Assembly (NCBI GenBank): GCA_963706325.1
Contig: CAVPLT010000001.1
Coordinates: 704,001-768,000, forward strand
DNA length: 64,000 bases
Source of the DNA: an uncultured Nitrospiraceae bacterium
GTDB taxonomy: Bacteria > Nitrospirota > Nitrospiria > Nitrospirales > Nitrospiraceae
Direction: 5' to 3'
Below the pieces are notes generated by a model. That model was given only the letters and a program-made list of their open reading frames with translations. It was not told where the DNA came from and made no database searches. This document shows positions 9,066 to 18,368 of the stretch, in pieces (the first letter of the stretch is position 1; every line of letters starts with the position of its first letter). The translations under genes were made by a program, and so were the position numbers.

Positions 9066-9688
9066 GACGATCCTCCCGTGGGTGACGAGAGCCAGCCCGG
9101 CAGGGGGCGGTACAAGCCGGCGGTGAATTCTAATTTCAAGGCCTCCTCGGGTAGCAGGCTAAGCGGGTGCAGTTGGGTCTTTGGAATCATCGCCAGGTAT
9201 CCAGTAAAGGGGTGAATGGCCGTGGGGACAAACACCATGACCAGTTCAGTCATCGGCGCGACCTGAAGCGCCTGCGGCGGCGCACCCATGACGAGACCTA
9301 AGGCCCAGAGCCCCTCGCGCGGGAAAGGAAAAGCAACCACGGTGCTCTTTCCAAATCGCGCCTTGTAGTTCAACAGGTCTGTCATGCTTTTGAGAGTGAG
9401 GTAGATGCTGCGAATCAAAGGAATCCGTTCGAGGGTCGCCTCGGTCCAGCGTACGAGCCGTTGTCCGATCACGTGCGTCGCGATGGCGCCGGCTGTGAAC
9501 ACCATACCGACGAGCAGGAGAACTCCCAAACCTGGGGCGTAAGGCTGCATTTGATGGCCGATAAGATCCAGCAAGAACGAATCCAGCGTTTCAAACAGGG
9601 CGACTAAAATCAGAAAGGTGGTCCATGCCGGAAGCAGAATGAGGAGTCCCGTGAGAAAAATGCGTCCGAGCCGTTGAGAAGCAGCCAC
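9062..9688 (-). CDS. DUF502 family membrane protein
   Basis: FLTGLLILLP..T, RIPLIRSIY and VFVPTAIHPFTGYL. Confidence 0.85.
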   Translation of the reverse strand: MAASQRLGRIFLTGLLILLPAWTTFLILVALFETLDSFLLDLIGHQMQPYAPGLGVLLLVGMVFTAGAIATHVIGQRLVRWTEATLERIPLIRSIYLTLKSMTDLLNYKARFGKSTVVAFPFPREGLWALGLVMGAPPQALQVAPMTELVMVFVPTAIHPFTGYLAMIPKTQLHPLSLLPEEALKLEFTAGLYRPLPGWLSSPTGGSS

Positions 9689-9844
9689 GCCGAGTCCTAG
9701 GTTTGGGTAGTCGAATGGGTGTGAGGTAAATAACGATATCAGATCCGGAATGAGATTTGGTATCTTCTTGATCTGTCAGTTCGTTTGGACTATCTTTCGT
9801 CAAACATTCCAGTCATCCATGTGGGTGAGATTGCGAGAGATATT

Positions 9845-10129
9845 GTGACTGACGACGTACGAAAAAAAGTTAATCTCGATAAGGATCTGTTAGCCATTCT
9901 CTGTTGCCCGGAAACTAAGCAAGTCGTCGTTCTGGCCGACGATGCCCTCATTCAAAAAATGAATGCGGCCATCGAGCGCGGGTCGTTGAAAAATAAGGCG
10001 CAGAAACCGGTCACGGAAAAGCTCGATGGGGGCTTGGTACGATCGGACAATCAAATTCTCTATCCCATACGTGAAGACATTCCCGTCATGCTCATCGACG
10101 AAGGTATTCCGCTCGCACAAATGTCCTAG
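9845..10129 (+). CDS. Trm112-like protein
   Basis: LDKDLLAILCCPETK and YPIREDIPVMLIDE; GTG start assumed. Confidence 0.85.
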   Translation: MTDDVRKKVNLDKDLLAILCCPETKQVVVLADDALIQKMNAAIERGSLKNKAQKPVTEKLDGGLVRSDNQILYPIREDIPVMLIDEGIPLAQMS

Positions 10130-10281
10130 TCGCAGCCATCGACTATCTTCCCTCTGCGCGTTATCGTCCCCTGAGGATGGCAATGTCCTCTCGAGGTCTT
10201 GGTTTGAACTTCCAAGCCAGTTCAGCGCGTGATGATGGACGGTGCAGGCCGAAGGCGCGGCATGCCATTATCTCGCAGGCG

Positions 10282-10569
10282 TCAGGGTGCGAGCAGACCT
10301 TCCTCTGGCGAAGCCTTTTCCGTTTTTGACCCGGTAGAGGCTCCGCACTGAGCGCAGAGGTATTCGTAAAGATTGCCGGTTGGTAGGACGAGCAGGAGTC
10401 GTTGACGGGTTGGGGTCGCTTGGCGACAGTGTCCGCAATAGAGCAACGAGGCGTTAAACGAATCGTATTGGTCGGTTGACTGCTGACCTGGGGATGGCCT
10501 CGTCGATCGCGTGCTGACGGCGCGTGGAGGCCAGTTGGGCGTTGATGGTTTATTCGGGGGTCTCTGCAT
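10282..10569 (-). CDS. Small zinc-ribbon protein
   Basis: CGHC and CAQC pairs after a disordered Pro-rich N-terminus. Confidence 0.7.
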   Translation of the reverse strand: MQRPPNKPSTPNWPPRAVSTRSTRPSPGQQSTDQYDSFNASLLYCGHCRQATPTRQRLLLVLPTGNLYEYLCAQCGASTGSKTEKASPEEGLLAP

Positions 10570-10621
10570 GGCCTTATTTTACTGAAGGGGAAGTGCGTAC
10601 GGCAACGCTGAATGTAGTCGG

Positions 10622-10861
10622 TTAGGAATGACCGATGGTCGAATCCACCTGGGCGTCTCGCTGGTCGCTATTTTTGCCACGAAAGATCCACCAGATTGAA
10701 CGTACAACCTGAACCACGACGTAGAGCGTGAAACCGGAGAGAATCCCGTACAGCCACGCCTTGCTCCAGGGCCATAAGTCGGGTGCGTGCAAGACCACGG
10801 CAAGCGCGATATGGCCTCCCAAACCGAGACAAATTGCGAAGATGATCCACTCACGGGCCAT
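10622..10861 (-). CDS. Small membrane protein with two TM helices
   Basis: Two hydrophobic segments; GAGG SD. Confidence 0.7.
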   Translation of the reverse strand: MAREWIIFAICLGLGGHIALAVVLHAPDLWPWSKAWLYGILSGFTLYVVVQVVRSIWWIFRGKNSDQRDAQVDSTIGHS

Positions 10862-10918
10862 AGTCGCCCTCGAAGGAGGCCACGATGAAGGAGGGGCCTG
10901 AAGACAATCGATCGGCGG

Positions 10919-11287
10919 TCAAACTGAGGTCTTAGCAGACTCGATCTCGGTCGCCGTGATCAAGCTGGACAGATAATCCGCCACGAAATTCAAGGCTTCC
11001 TCGCGTCCATCGGCCCGACGGCCTTTTTCACGACGTTGCACAGAGAGCTCATGGTCCAAGTCGGATTTCACTTCCGTCAGTACACGTTGCAGTGTCGTGG
11101 GAGTGATATTGGTATCCATGTCTTCAAGTTCTTGGCATCGATCCAACACCCAGTTCAATCCCTCAATGCGGCCTGCATAGTGCTCCTGCTCGGCAGTATC
11201 AATTCGAGACATGGTGGTTGCGAAAGTTTGGGCTTCATAGATCAGATTGTAAAAACTCGTCACGGCGCGCTGTAACGTGGGATTCAT
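10919..11287 (-). CDS. Hypothetical helical protein with internal duplication
   Basis: AAGGAG SD; TLQR..T...GR.E.LN.V.D pattern occurs twice. Confidence 0.8.
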   Translation of the reverse strand: MNPTLQRAVTSFYNLIYEAQTFATTMSRIDTAEQEHYAGRIEGLNWVLDRCQELEDMDTNITPTTLQRVLTEVKSDLDHELSVQRREKGRRADGREEALNFVADYLSSLITATEIESAKTSV

Positions 11288-11371
11288 AATACTCCTTGGC
11301 TCGTAATTAGGTTCTGTTGATTATACCTGAGATTGAGGAGGCAACAAGGTATTTTTTTGCTGGACGAAGAC

Positions 11372-11701
11372 TTACGTAAAGAGAAGGGAATGGAATTCGT
11401 TCATAAACCCGTAGTAGAGAGGGGCAAAGTCCTTTAGGCTGTCCGGACTATTCTCCTTAAGACGTTTGAAAAAAAACACCTGGGCGCGTGGATCTAACTG
11501 CTCCAGGAGTCGGCTGAGATGCGCCATGCTGTAACTGCCTGTCGGAACACTCAGGACATAATGCACCAGTCGCTCGACAAACTGTTGCTCCACATACTCA
11601 CTGCTGAGAAAACCTTCCGGAATCTTGCCTGATGCGAGATACTCGTCGAAAGGAATTGCTTGGGCGGCAAAAGGGAGTGACTGCTGCGGACGGGAGGTCA
11701 C
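11372..11701 (-). CDS. Hypothetical protein
   Basis: Protein-like ORF; GTG start after a GAGG SD-like motif; own promoter at 11750-11778. Confidence 0.75.
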   Translation of the reverse strand: MTSRPQQSLPFAAQAIPFDEYLASGKIPEGFLSSEYVEQQFVERLVHYVLSVPTGSYSMAHLSRLLEQLDPRAQVFFFKRLKENSPDSLKDFAPLYYGFMNEFHSLLFT

Positions 11702-11749
11702 GCTGAGGTTACCTCGTTGAGGAGAAGGCAATTAAACAACATTCGGGTC

Positions 11750-11778
11750 ACTCTACTGAAGGCCCTCCTGTCCGTCAA
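11750..11778 (-). promoter_or_regulatory. sigma70 promoter TTGACG-17-TAGAGT
   Basis: Direct reading of the minus strand. Confidence 0.55.
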
Positions 11779-11963
11779 GTGGACAGAAGCAGCAGGTCTA
11801 CCTGAGTCGAAAGGCTAAACCATGGAGTTGAGAATGGGCAATTCAGGCGGATCAATAGTCTGATTTTCATTTGGCCGTACTGGCCTCGCTCGAAAATGGC
11901 GGATCGGTTGCTGAGACGCTTCCTATGTCTTGCGATGGAGTGGCGACAAATGCGACGGCTAGC

Positions 11964-11993
11964 TTGACAGCCTTTACGCATGGTCGGTAGAAT
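11964..11993 (+). promoter_or_regulatory. sigma70 promoter of tRNA-Gly, TTGACA-18-TAGAAT
   Basis: Near-consensus elements 26 nt upstream of the tRNA. Confidence 0.7.
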
Positions 11994-12019
11994 CCCGCTT
12001 CCGATTTGGTCCGGCAGAA

Positions 12020-12094
12020 GCGGGAATAGCTCAGTGGTAGAGCATCGCCTTGCCAAGGCGAGGGTCGCGGGTTCAAATCCCGTTTCCCGCTCCA
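12020..12094 (+). tRNA. tRNA-Gly (GCC)
   Basis: GCGGGAA/TTCCCGC acceptor stem, D-arm, anticodon loop TTGCCAA, GGTTCAAATCC T-arm, encoded CCA. Confidence 0.98.
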
Positions 12095-12381
12095 ATTTTC
12101 TCAGGCACCTGCACCTGCCCCCCTCCTTATTGTGATGCTTTATGGGACCGCTGGGAGTGAACGTCTGACGACATCGGCATCGGACCCTGTGGAGACACGT
12201 TCTCCTGCTCCGTAGGTATACGCACATCCAGTTGGAGGTTAGAGGGAATGACCGTCATCTAAGAATGTGCATTGTTTCCAGGGTCCGATTCCAGTCGCAT
12301 TAAGGTTCAGGGTGCGCTTGGAATTTTGGCTCATTTTCACTAGTCTTCGTGGTGAATTAGTGCAATACAACTCGCGTAGGC

Positions 12382-13317
12382 CTAGCTGAATAGTCGAAAT
12401 AGATCAAGGGTCAAGCTAACGCCATACGTCGGGCCGAAGTCAGTCCTGCTGATGTTTCCGAGACTATCGTTCCACGTTTGTAACCGCACAGGTCCGCCAC
12501 TCACCGCTGCCGACCAGAAAAACTGTTTTCGGCTTTGCCCCACTGCATTGACAAAAATACCCGAATCCCAAGTGACCGCGACTTCTACTTCCCAGGTAGG
12601 CACGGTTTCGCCCTTGTCGTTTCGGGCATATTGGCCAATGGCCAGCGTGGGTTGGACAAGATGCGAGGTCTGTTTGGTGGCATGCAGCACGGCTCCGTTT
12701 TCTTGAAGACTCACACGCCCCAGAATAGAGGTCCGTACACTCACCCCTCCCCAATCTCCACGATATAAATCGGGCGTGATTTGTAGACGACGCACGCCGG
12801 TCCTCAAAAACGCCTCGTGATAGAGTGTGCCGAGTGAGATGCCGCCACCCAAAAATATGGCCTTGGGCTGCCATAGCGGGAGCCACTTTGTCACGGATCC
12901 GTCGACCATGACATCCGTATCTCTCCGTGGCTGGAAGCTCGGGACAGGGGGCAGGTGGCGAAGTTGATGCACGACTTTATTTTGGAAGAATTCGCTGGGT
13001 TCGTTGCTCGTGGGACTGATGCCCACGGTAAGATTTGTGCTCCATCCAGCCGACCGATCCCCCCAGTGCTGCGTCCGACTCAGTGTGATGAGGTTGAGCC
13101 CCAATGTATGGGAGATGGTCGAATCATATTTCAGACCCGTTCCATCGGTGGGAGTAAAGCGATTGAGCGTCAACCCGGCAGTGAGAGTTGAATACTGATC
13201 TGGGAAAGCGAGACCGCCCCAATGCGCAGAAGGGGCGGGGGCTTCACCAAAGGCCTCGCTACTAGCAAGAGCTACAGTCAGCAGTACGGCGCACAATATT
13301 CTCGGCACAAGGCACAT
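12382..13317 (-). CDS. Exported predicted outer-membrane beta-barrel protein, possibly distant LpxR (lipid A deacylase)-like
   Basis: Signal peptide; alternating beta-strand pattern; FQNKVVH segment after LTVGISP resembles the LpxR Q..H region (inference). Confidence 0.55.
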   Translation of the reverse strand: MCLVPRILCAVLLTVALASSEAFGEAPAPSAHWGGLAFPDQYSTLTAGLTLNRFTPTDGTGLKYDSTISHTLGLNLITLSRTQHWGDRSAGWSTNLTVGISPTSNEPSEFFQNKVVHQLRHLPPVPSFQPRRDTDVMVDGSVTKWLPLWQPKAIFLGGGISLGTLYHEAFLRTGVRRLQITPDLYRGDWGGVSVRTSILGRVSLQENGAVLHATKQTSHLVQPTLAIGQYARNDKGETVPTWEVEVAVTWDSGIFVNAVGQSRKQFFWSAAVSGGPVRLQTWNDSLGNISRTDFGPTYGVSLTLDLFRLFS

Positions 13318-13830
13318 GCCATTTCCTTCTACCTGTTGTCCAGCTGGGCGCAGCCAGGTCTAGATTCTGATAGCTGTACGTTGTAGCCCTCCTGAGTGCC
13401 ACGTCATTCGGTACAGTTAGAAAAATGTGCCTTGATGATGAGGTCTGCGGAACTGAAAGGCGCGGGCTAGGAGCTCGAAGTGCTTTCGGAAAAGCGGACT
13501 CAGTTGTTTAGACGAATGACACGTCAGCGCAAGAGCGGAGAGAGTCAGGGAGAGGGCCTGCGTCGAGATTGGATCGAAAAGACACAACATGCTGAAGAGC
13601 CCTTTGCGAGAAGCTTCGTGCGGAATGCGTATCGCACTTCCAGTAAGGTAGTGTCTTTGTAACACGCTCCGGGCTTCTCCAAAAGATCGTTTCAGTATCG
13701 TATTCTGTTCTAGCGAGGCTTTGCGTCTGCATACAGGGTGTGTGAACGAGACTGTCCATGAGGTACATCTCTCCCCTCAATCCGCTTGTCGCCCGTTATG
13801 CGGGCAACAGCGTATTCGATCGATGCTGCT

Positions 13831-16080
13831 TCACAAGACCCTAACGTTACGATTAGCTTGTACTGCGCTCGTTAGCGTTTGAGGGAGGGAGGGAGGAGAT
13901 GATTTTCCAAGGGCGTGAAGGCGCTGCAACAGGTTTTCTGCCGTGGAGCGTTCTTCTACCGTCAAGGGCGCGTGGCCAAATCGGACTCGAGTGTAGAGCT
14001 GAGTCAGTGCATGTGCGGACGGCCAAGCTTCCGACCATTTGTCGTGAACATGGCGAAGAAATTCCACCGGCGTGGCGCTCGCCACTTTCACGATTCCGTG
14101 CTGTGCCAAGCAGGCTATCATACGGCTGTATAAGGTGATGACGACGCGCTGATTGGCCGAGTAGACGTCTTGACGCAAGGAGTTAGGCCCATCGTGCCGT
14201 AGTGTCCGTATCACGAGGAAGCCTACCGTAATTGCCAGTAGAAGGACGAGCGCTGTCCGCGAAATGCCGACGGATAAAAGCGATTTCATAAATCGGCCGA
14301 GCATGGTCGATCCATGGCGGAGCAGCGTCATCAATGACTCAGACATGCTTGCACGCATTGCCTCTCCGCTTTCCCGAATGCCTTGCACGACGGCGTATTG
14401 GTCGCTTGCGCTGTAGTTGAGAAAGAGACGATCCCATGTGAGGCGGGCCGAGTCCATCACGCTACCGACAGATTCCCACCAGGTTTGGGTCGTTGTTTCG
14501 AGGGCAGCGGGGGTAGGGTCCATCGTGACCCATCCTGATTGTGGAAAATACACCTCTACCCACGCGTGGGCGTCCCGCTGGCGCACCGTATAGTAATTTC
14601 CGAACTGATTCCATTCGGTGGCTAGAAATCCTGTTACCAGCCTGGCGGGAATCCCGATCGTGCGAAGCAGCATGACCATCGCGGTGGCGTAATGTTCGCA
14701 GTAGCCGGTTTTCCGAATGAGAAGAAAGTCTTCCAAGGGGTGCGCCGATTGCAATGTGGGCACATCCAAGTTGTATCGATACTGAGTCAGTAAATGTGTG
14801 CGAATCAGGTCTACTCGCTCCAAGACCGTGGTCGCAGGTTGAGTCACTTGACGGGCGAGGGCGATGACACGTGCGTCGAGCGCGGGAACCTGAAGATATT
14901 GTTGGACGATAAACTCGGGGTATAGAAACGAACCGGCCGACTTTTCTGCTGGTATCAGGCGGGCCGGGAAGGAGTTGACTGTATAGTGGATGCGGGCATG
15001 AGAAGGAAACGGAAGCTGTAAGGACCCCATCAGGTCGGCCTGTACCGAGAGGAAATTCCCTCTAATGGAGGTAGGTATTGAGACTCCGAATAACACGGCG
15101 GTGTCGAGCGGCTCAAGAAGAATGTCCTGTCGAAGGCTTCTGATGGCCGCACCTGACTTGGCTCCGGATGCCCGGAGCGTAAAGGTGCCCTGCGGGAATT
15201 CCGTAAGCATGCGCCGGTGCGGCAGGCTATTGCTCCAGGATTTCCCGTTGTAGCGATTGTAGGCCACTCCTCGGAGATAAAGCGGTTCTCGCCTTGATTC
15301 GTCCCCGACGATATCCGGCAATTCTACCCGCATTACGATGCTGGGGTCTTGTTTAACCGGACCGATAGCTCCCAGATCGACAAGCTCAGAAAAGCCCGTG
15401 GTGCGTAGACTTTCCTCGCGGTTGTGTTGAAAGAAGCCCACCCCGATTCGTGGAATAGAAAAAAAGAACAACAGTGTAAGGCCGAATGCGCAGGCGGCCA
15501 TCGTATTGGTCGTCCAGAAGAACCTGGACGTAATGGACGCCATCGACGAGGGAGGCAGCGCCTCGTCAAGGTCGGTCAATGGATCGTACGACTGCTCCTG
15601 CTCTTTTACGAGGTGAAAGAGCAGCAGGGTCCAGACTCCTACCACAAGATAGAGAAGAAAGAAGGGCGCATACCAGATCTGAGTGGTGAGTGCGGCAGAG
15701 GCCAGGAGCGTGATCAAGGTAATTGCATACAACTGCAAGACATCGCGCCGTTGATCGAGGTTTGAGAGTTTGTTCACCAAGAGCAACACAAGAAAATGTA
15801 CCCCGGCTGGGAGGAGTTCTTGCGACAGGAATAACAGATCGACCCAGAATCCGGCGAATGCGATGAGAAGAAATACGTTCCATGTGAGTGCGGAGAACTG
15901 GAGGCGGAGCGGGTGACCAGAGAACAAAGATGAGTGAGTCATCCGTAAGAGCGCTAGGATGAATGCCGCACCGACCAGAGTGAGAAGCCATGGGGGCATC
16001 GAGATCGCGAGCGCGAGACTCGCGAAGCTTGTAGCGGCCAATAGGATTGCGCTAAGCCGGAAGGCGAGATTCAACCGCAT
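13831..16080 (-). CDS. Transglutaminase TgpA family protein (DUF3488 + transglutaminase + DUF4129)
   Basis: Multiple N-terminal TM helices; triad motifs GYCEHYA, HAWVEV and MDPTP. Confidence 0.92.
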   Translation of the reverse strand: MRLNLAFRLSAILLAATSFASLALAISMPPWLLTLVGAAFILALLRMTHSSLFSGHPLRLQFSALTWNVFLLIAFAGFWVDLLFLSQELLPAGVHFLVLLLVNKLSNLDQRRDVLQLYAITLITLLASAALTTQIWYAPFFLLYLVVGVWTLLLFHLVKEQEQSYDPLTDLDEALPPSSMASITSRFFWTTNTMAACAFGLTLLFFFSIPRIGVGFFQHNREESLRTTGFSELVDLGAIGPVKQDPSIVMRVELPDIVGDESRREPLYLRGVAYNRYNGKSWSNSLPHRRMLTEFPQGTFTLRASGAKSGAAIRSLRQDILLEPLDTAVLFGVSIPTSIRGNFLSVQADLMGSLQLPFPSHARIHYTVNSFPARLIPAEKSAGSFLYPEFIVQQYLQVPALDARVIALARQVTQPATTVLERVDLIRTHLLTQYRYNLDVPTLQSAHPLEDFLLIRKTGYCEHYATAMVMLLRTIGIPARLVTGFLATEWNQFGNYYTVRQRDAHAWVEVYFPQSGWVTMDPTPAALETTTQTWWESVGSVMDSARLTWDRLFLNYSASDQYAVVQGIRESGEAMRASMSESLMTLLRHGSTMLGRFMKSLLSVGISRTALVLLLAITVGFLVIRTLRHDGPNSLRQDVYSANQRVVITLYSRMIACLAQHGIVKVASATPVEFLRHVHDKWSEAWPSAHALTQLYTRVRFGHAPLTVEERSTAENLLQRLHALGKSSPPSLPQTLTSAVQANRNVRVL

Positions 16081-17224
16081 CGAAGAGATCCCTGTAAGAC
16101 TGAGGAGAAATGACGTGATCGACCGCCGGCAATGCATCGCGGTGGGCGGGGGCAATCCAGGGCAGTATCAAGATGGTCAACCCTTCACGCGACTCTGCCA
16201 GCGCCTGTGCCATGGGCTGTTGAATGGACTCGCCTGAGCACGCAGTGCGCCGCTCACAGAGTGCTAGGGCATGAAGTAAGTGAAGGAATTGGGCGGGCCC
16301 ATTGGCCAGCATCTCCTCCTGGTCGCCGAGCAACAGGCGGACGTGGTAGCGGTCGCTCAGCAAGAGATTGACCAATGATGCGGCGATTGAGAGTGCTCGT
16401 TCGAACACGTTATCCTCCTCAATCGGCGCGACGGTCGAGATGGCCACCGTGACGCATTGCTGGTCTTCCGCTTCGGTTTCTTTGAGCATCAATCTTGATG
16501 TACGGGCCGTCGTCATCCAATGGATGGCGCGTGCATCGTCACCAGGGCGAAACTCTCGCAGATTGTGCAGCGAGTTCCCTGGCCCGCGACGGGTCACTTC
16601 GCGATGGTGCCCGATAAACTGCAATTCGTGAAGCTGCAGCGATGGCAATGGAATGATTTCCGGGCAAACGACGATAGTGGCCTCGGAACCATAAAACGCC
16701 TTCTTATGGAACAGTCCGAATGGAAACGGTGTGACGACACGGACTCCGTCGAAGCGATACGGTCCACGCCGTCGCACGAGTAACGGATAGGAAACCAGCG
16801 TCGAGGAGTGGGGGGCCAGGTGCGAGAGACGAACCTTGCGATCAATGTCCTGGCCATCCACGACGTCGAACAGGCGCAGGGACACACTCGGGATGCACGA
16901 CTTGCGATTGGCTATCCACAGGCTCACGGTCGCGGACTCATTTGCAAAAAGATATTCCGGCAGGTGGCGATGAAATTCCAATCGTCGCACGCATTGTTCC
17001 GAAAGTAAGCCAGACAGGACGATCAGACTCAGCATCATGGCCAGAAGGAGATAGAACAGGTTATTTCCGGTGTTGATCGCCGTGACTCCGACGGCCAGGG
17101 TTAACAACAAAAAACGGGTGCCTTCTGTCGTCAGTTGAACCGCACGATTTGGAGACAACCACCGAAGGACTGTCCGGAGGGTATTGAACAATTTGTTGCG
17201 AGGCGAACGTTGTCCCCGTGCCAT
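16052..17224 (-). CDS. DUF58 domain protein
   Basis: NTGNNL, FPFGLF and LREFRPGDDARAIHW. Confidence 0.92.
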   Translation of the reverse strand: MARGQRSPRNKLFNTLRTVLRWLSPNRAVQLTTEGTRFLLLTLAVGVTAINTGNNLFYLLLAMMLSLIVLSGLLSEQCVRRLEFHRHLPEYLFANESATVSLWIANRKSCIPSVSLRLFDVVDGQDIDRKVRLSHLAPHSSTLVSYPLLVRRRGPYRFDGVRVVTPFPFGLFHKKAFYGSEATIVVCPEIIPLPSLQLHELQFIGHHREVTRRGPGNSLHNLREFRPGDDARAIHWMTTARTSRLMLKETEAEDQQCVTVAISTVAPIEEDNVFERALSIAASLVNLLLSDRYHVRLLLGDQEEMLANGPAQFLHLLHALALCERRTACSGESIQQPMAQALAESREGLTILILPWIAPAHRDALPAVDHVISPQSYRDLFDAVESRLPA

Positions 17225-17271
17225 TCTGGCGCTCCTATATGTGCCACATCTTTACGGGCACGGAAGGCTTG

Positions 17272-18213
17272 TCACACTGGGACTGGAACGCTATCCAAAA
17301 TGTCTTGAATCACTCGCTCTGTGTGTTCGACGTTTTTCGTGCGCATGCCTGGCGATCGATTCAGCATGACGCGGTGAGAAAGAATTGCCGGGGCGAGTTC
17401 CTTGATGTCTTCAGGAAGGCAATACGTCCGATCGCGGACAAGGGCCAGAGCCTTCGCCGCCTTGCACAGCGCGAGTGCTCCGCGCGTACTGACGCCCAGT
17501 GAGAGGAGATCGTTGTGTCGTGTCGCGAGCACGATCGCGAGCAGGTAATCCATCAGGCTGTCTTCCATCCGGACCTTTTCTGCCTGGCCTTGAAGATCCA
17601 TGATGTGTTGCGCGGTGATCACTGGTTGAATATCCTCTGCCGGATGCAGCGACGAAGGGCGATCCAAGACCTTCTTTTCCTCCTCGGGCGTCGGATACCC
17701 GATGCGAAGTCGCATAAGGAATCGGTCGAGTTGGGATTCTGGAAGCGGAAAGGTGCCGTGATACTCCGCGGGGTTTTGTGTGGCAATGACCATGAAAGGC
17801 TGGCCTAAGGGGTGAGTGTGGTTGTCCACCGAGATCTGGGCCTCGCTCATTGCTTCCAACAGGCTACTTTGAGTTTTTGGCGTCGTGCGGTTGATCTCGT
17901 CGGCGAGCACAATATTGGCAAACAGCGGTCCCGGCATGAACTCAAAAGCCTGTTTTTGGCGATTGAAGACGGAGATGCCGACAATATCCGAGGGGAGCAA
18001 GTCGCTCGTGAACTGGATGCGTTTAAAGGAGCAATCGAGAGAGCGGGCCAGGCTGTGGGCCAGCGTGGTCTTGCCGACGCCGGGCACGTCTTCAATTAAG
18101 AGATGTCCTCTCGCCAGTAGGCAGACCACCGCCATCTCGATGACTCGCGCTTTGCCTTTGATGACCAGCGCGATATTGTCCTGTAGTAATTGGATTGATT
18201 GAGAAGAATTCAC
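17272..18213 (-). CDS. MoxR family AAA+ ATPase
   Basis: DVPGVGKT, RIQFTSDLLPSD, DEINR, ATQNP and LPESQLDRF; GTG start downstream of the promoter. Confidence 0.95.
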   Translation of the reverse strand: MNSSQSIQLLQDNIALVIKGKARVIEMAVVCLLARGHLLIEDVPGVGKTTLAHSLARSLDCSFKRIQFTSDLLPSDIVGISVFNRQKQAFEFMPGPLFANIVLADEINRTTPKTQSSLLEAMSEAQISVDNHTHPLGQPFMVIATQNPAEYHGTFPLPESQLDRFLMRLRIGYPTPEEEKKVLDRPSSLHPAEDIQPVITAQHIMDLQGQAEKVRMEDSLMDYLLAIVLATRHNDLLSLGVSTRGALALCKAAKALALVRDRTYCLPEDIKELAPAILSHRVMLNRSPGMRTKNVEHTERVIQDILDSVPVPV

Positions 18214-18266
18214 GATGGGATGTTTTCGAAGAGCGTCAGAGTCGGCACATGGCGTGTGATGCCCGA

Positions 18267-18295
18267 AGTCTAACAAAGGGTCTGGGGACCGTCAA
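18267..18295 (-). promoter_or_regulatory. sigma70 promoter of the MoxR operon, TTGACG-17-TAGACT
   Basis: Direct reading of the minus strand. Confidence 0.6.
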
Positions 18296-18368
18296 TTTAT
18301 ACAGGTTTTTACACGAAGTGGTGTTCAGTGCAGGGGCGCGCCACTGTCTCTTGCGCCGCGGCCGGGCC

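Noticed and set aside
13433..13460. Hammerhead ribozyme (TGATGA...GAAA)
   Set aside because: Lacks the CUGANGA core with compatible stems I-III; the K-turn reading fits better
12020..13830. tRNA-anchored genomic island
   Set aside because: No integrase and no duplicated tRNA 3' end found downstream
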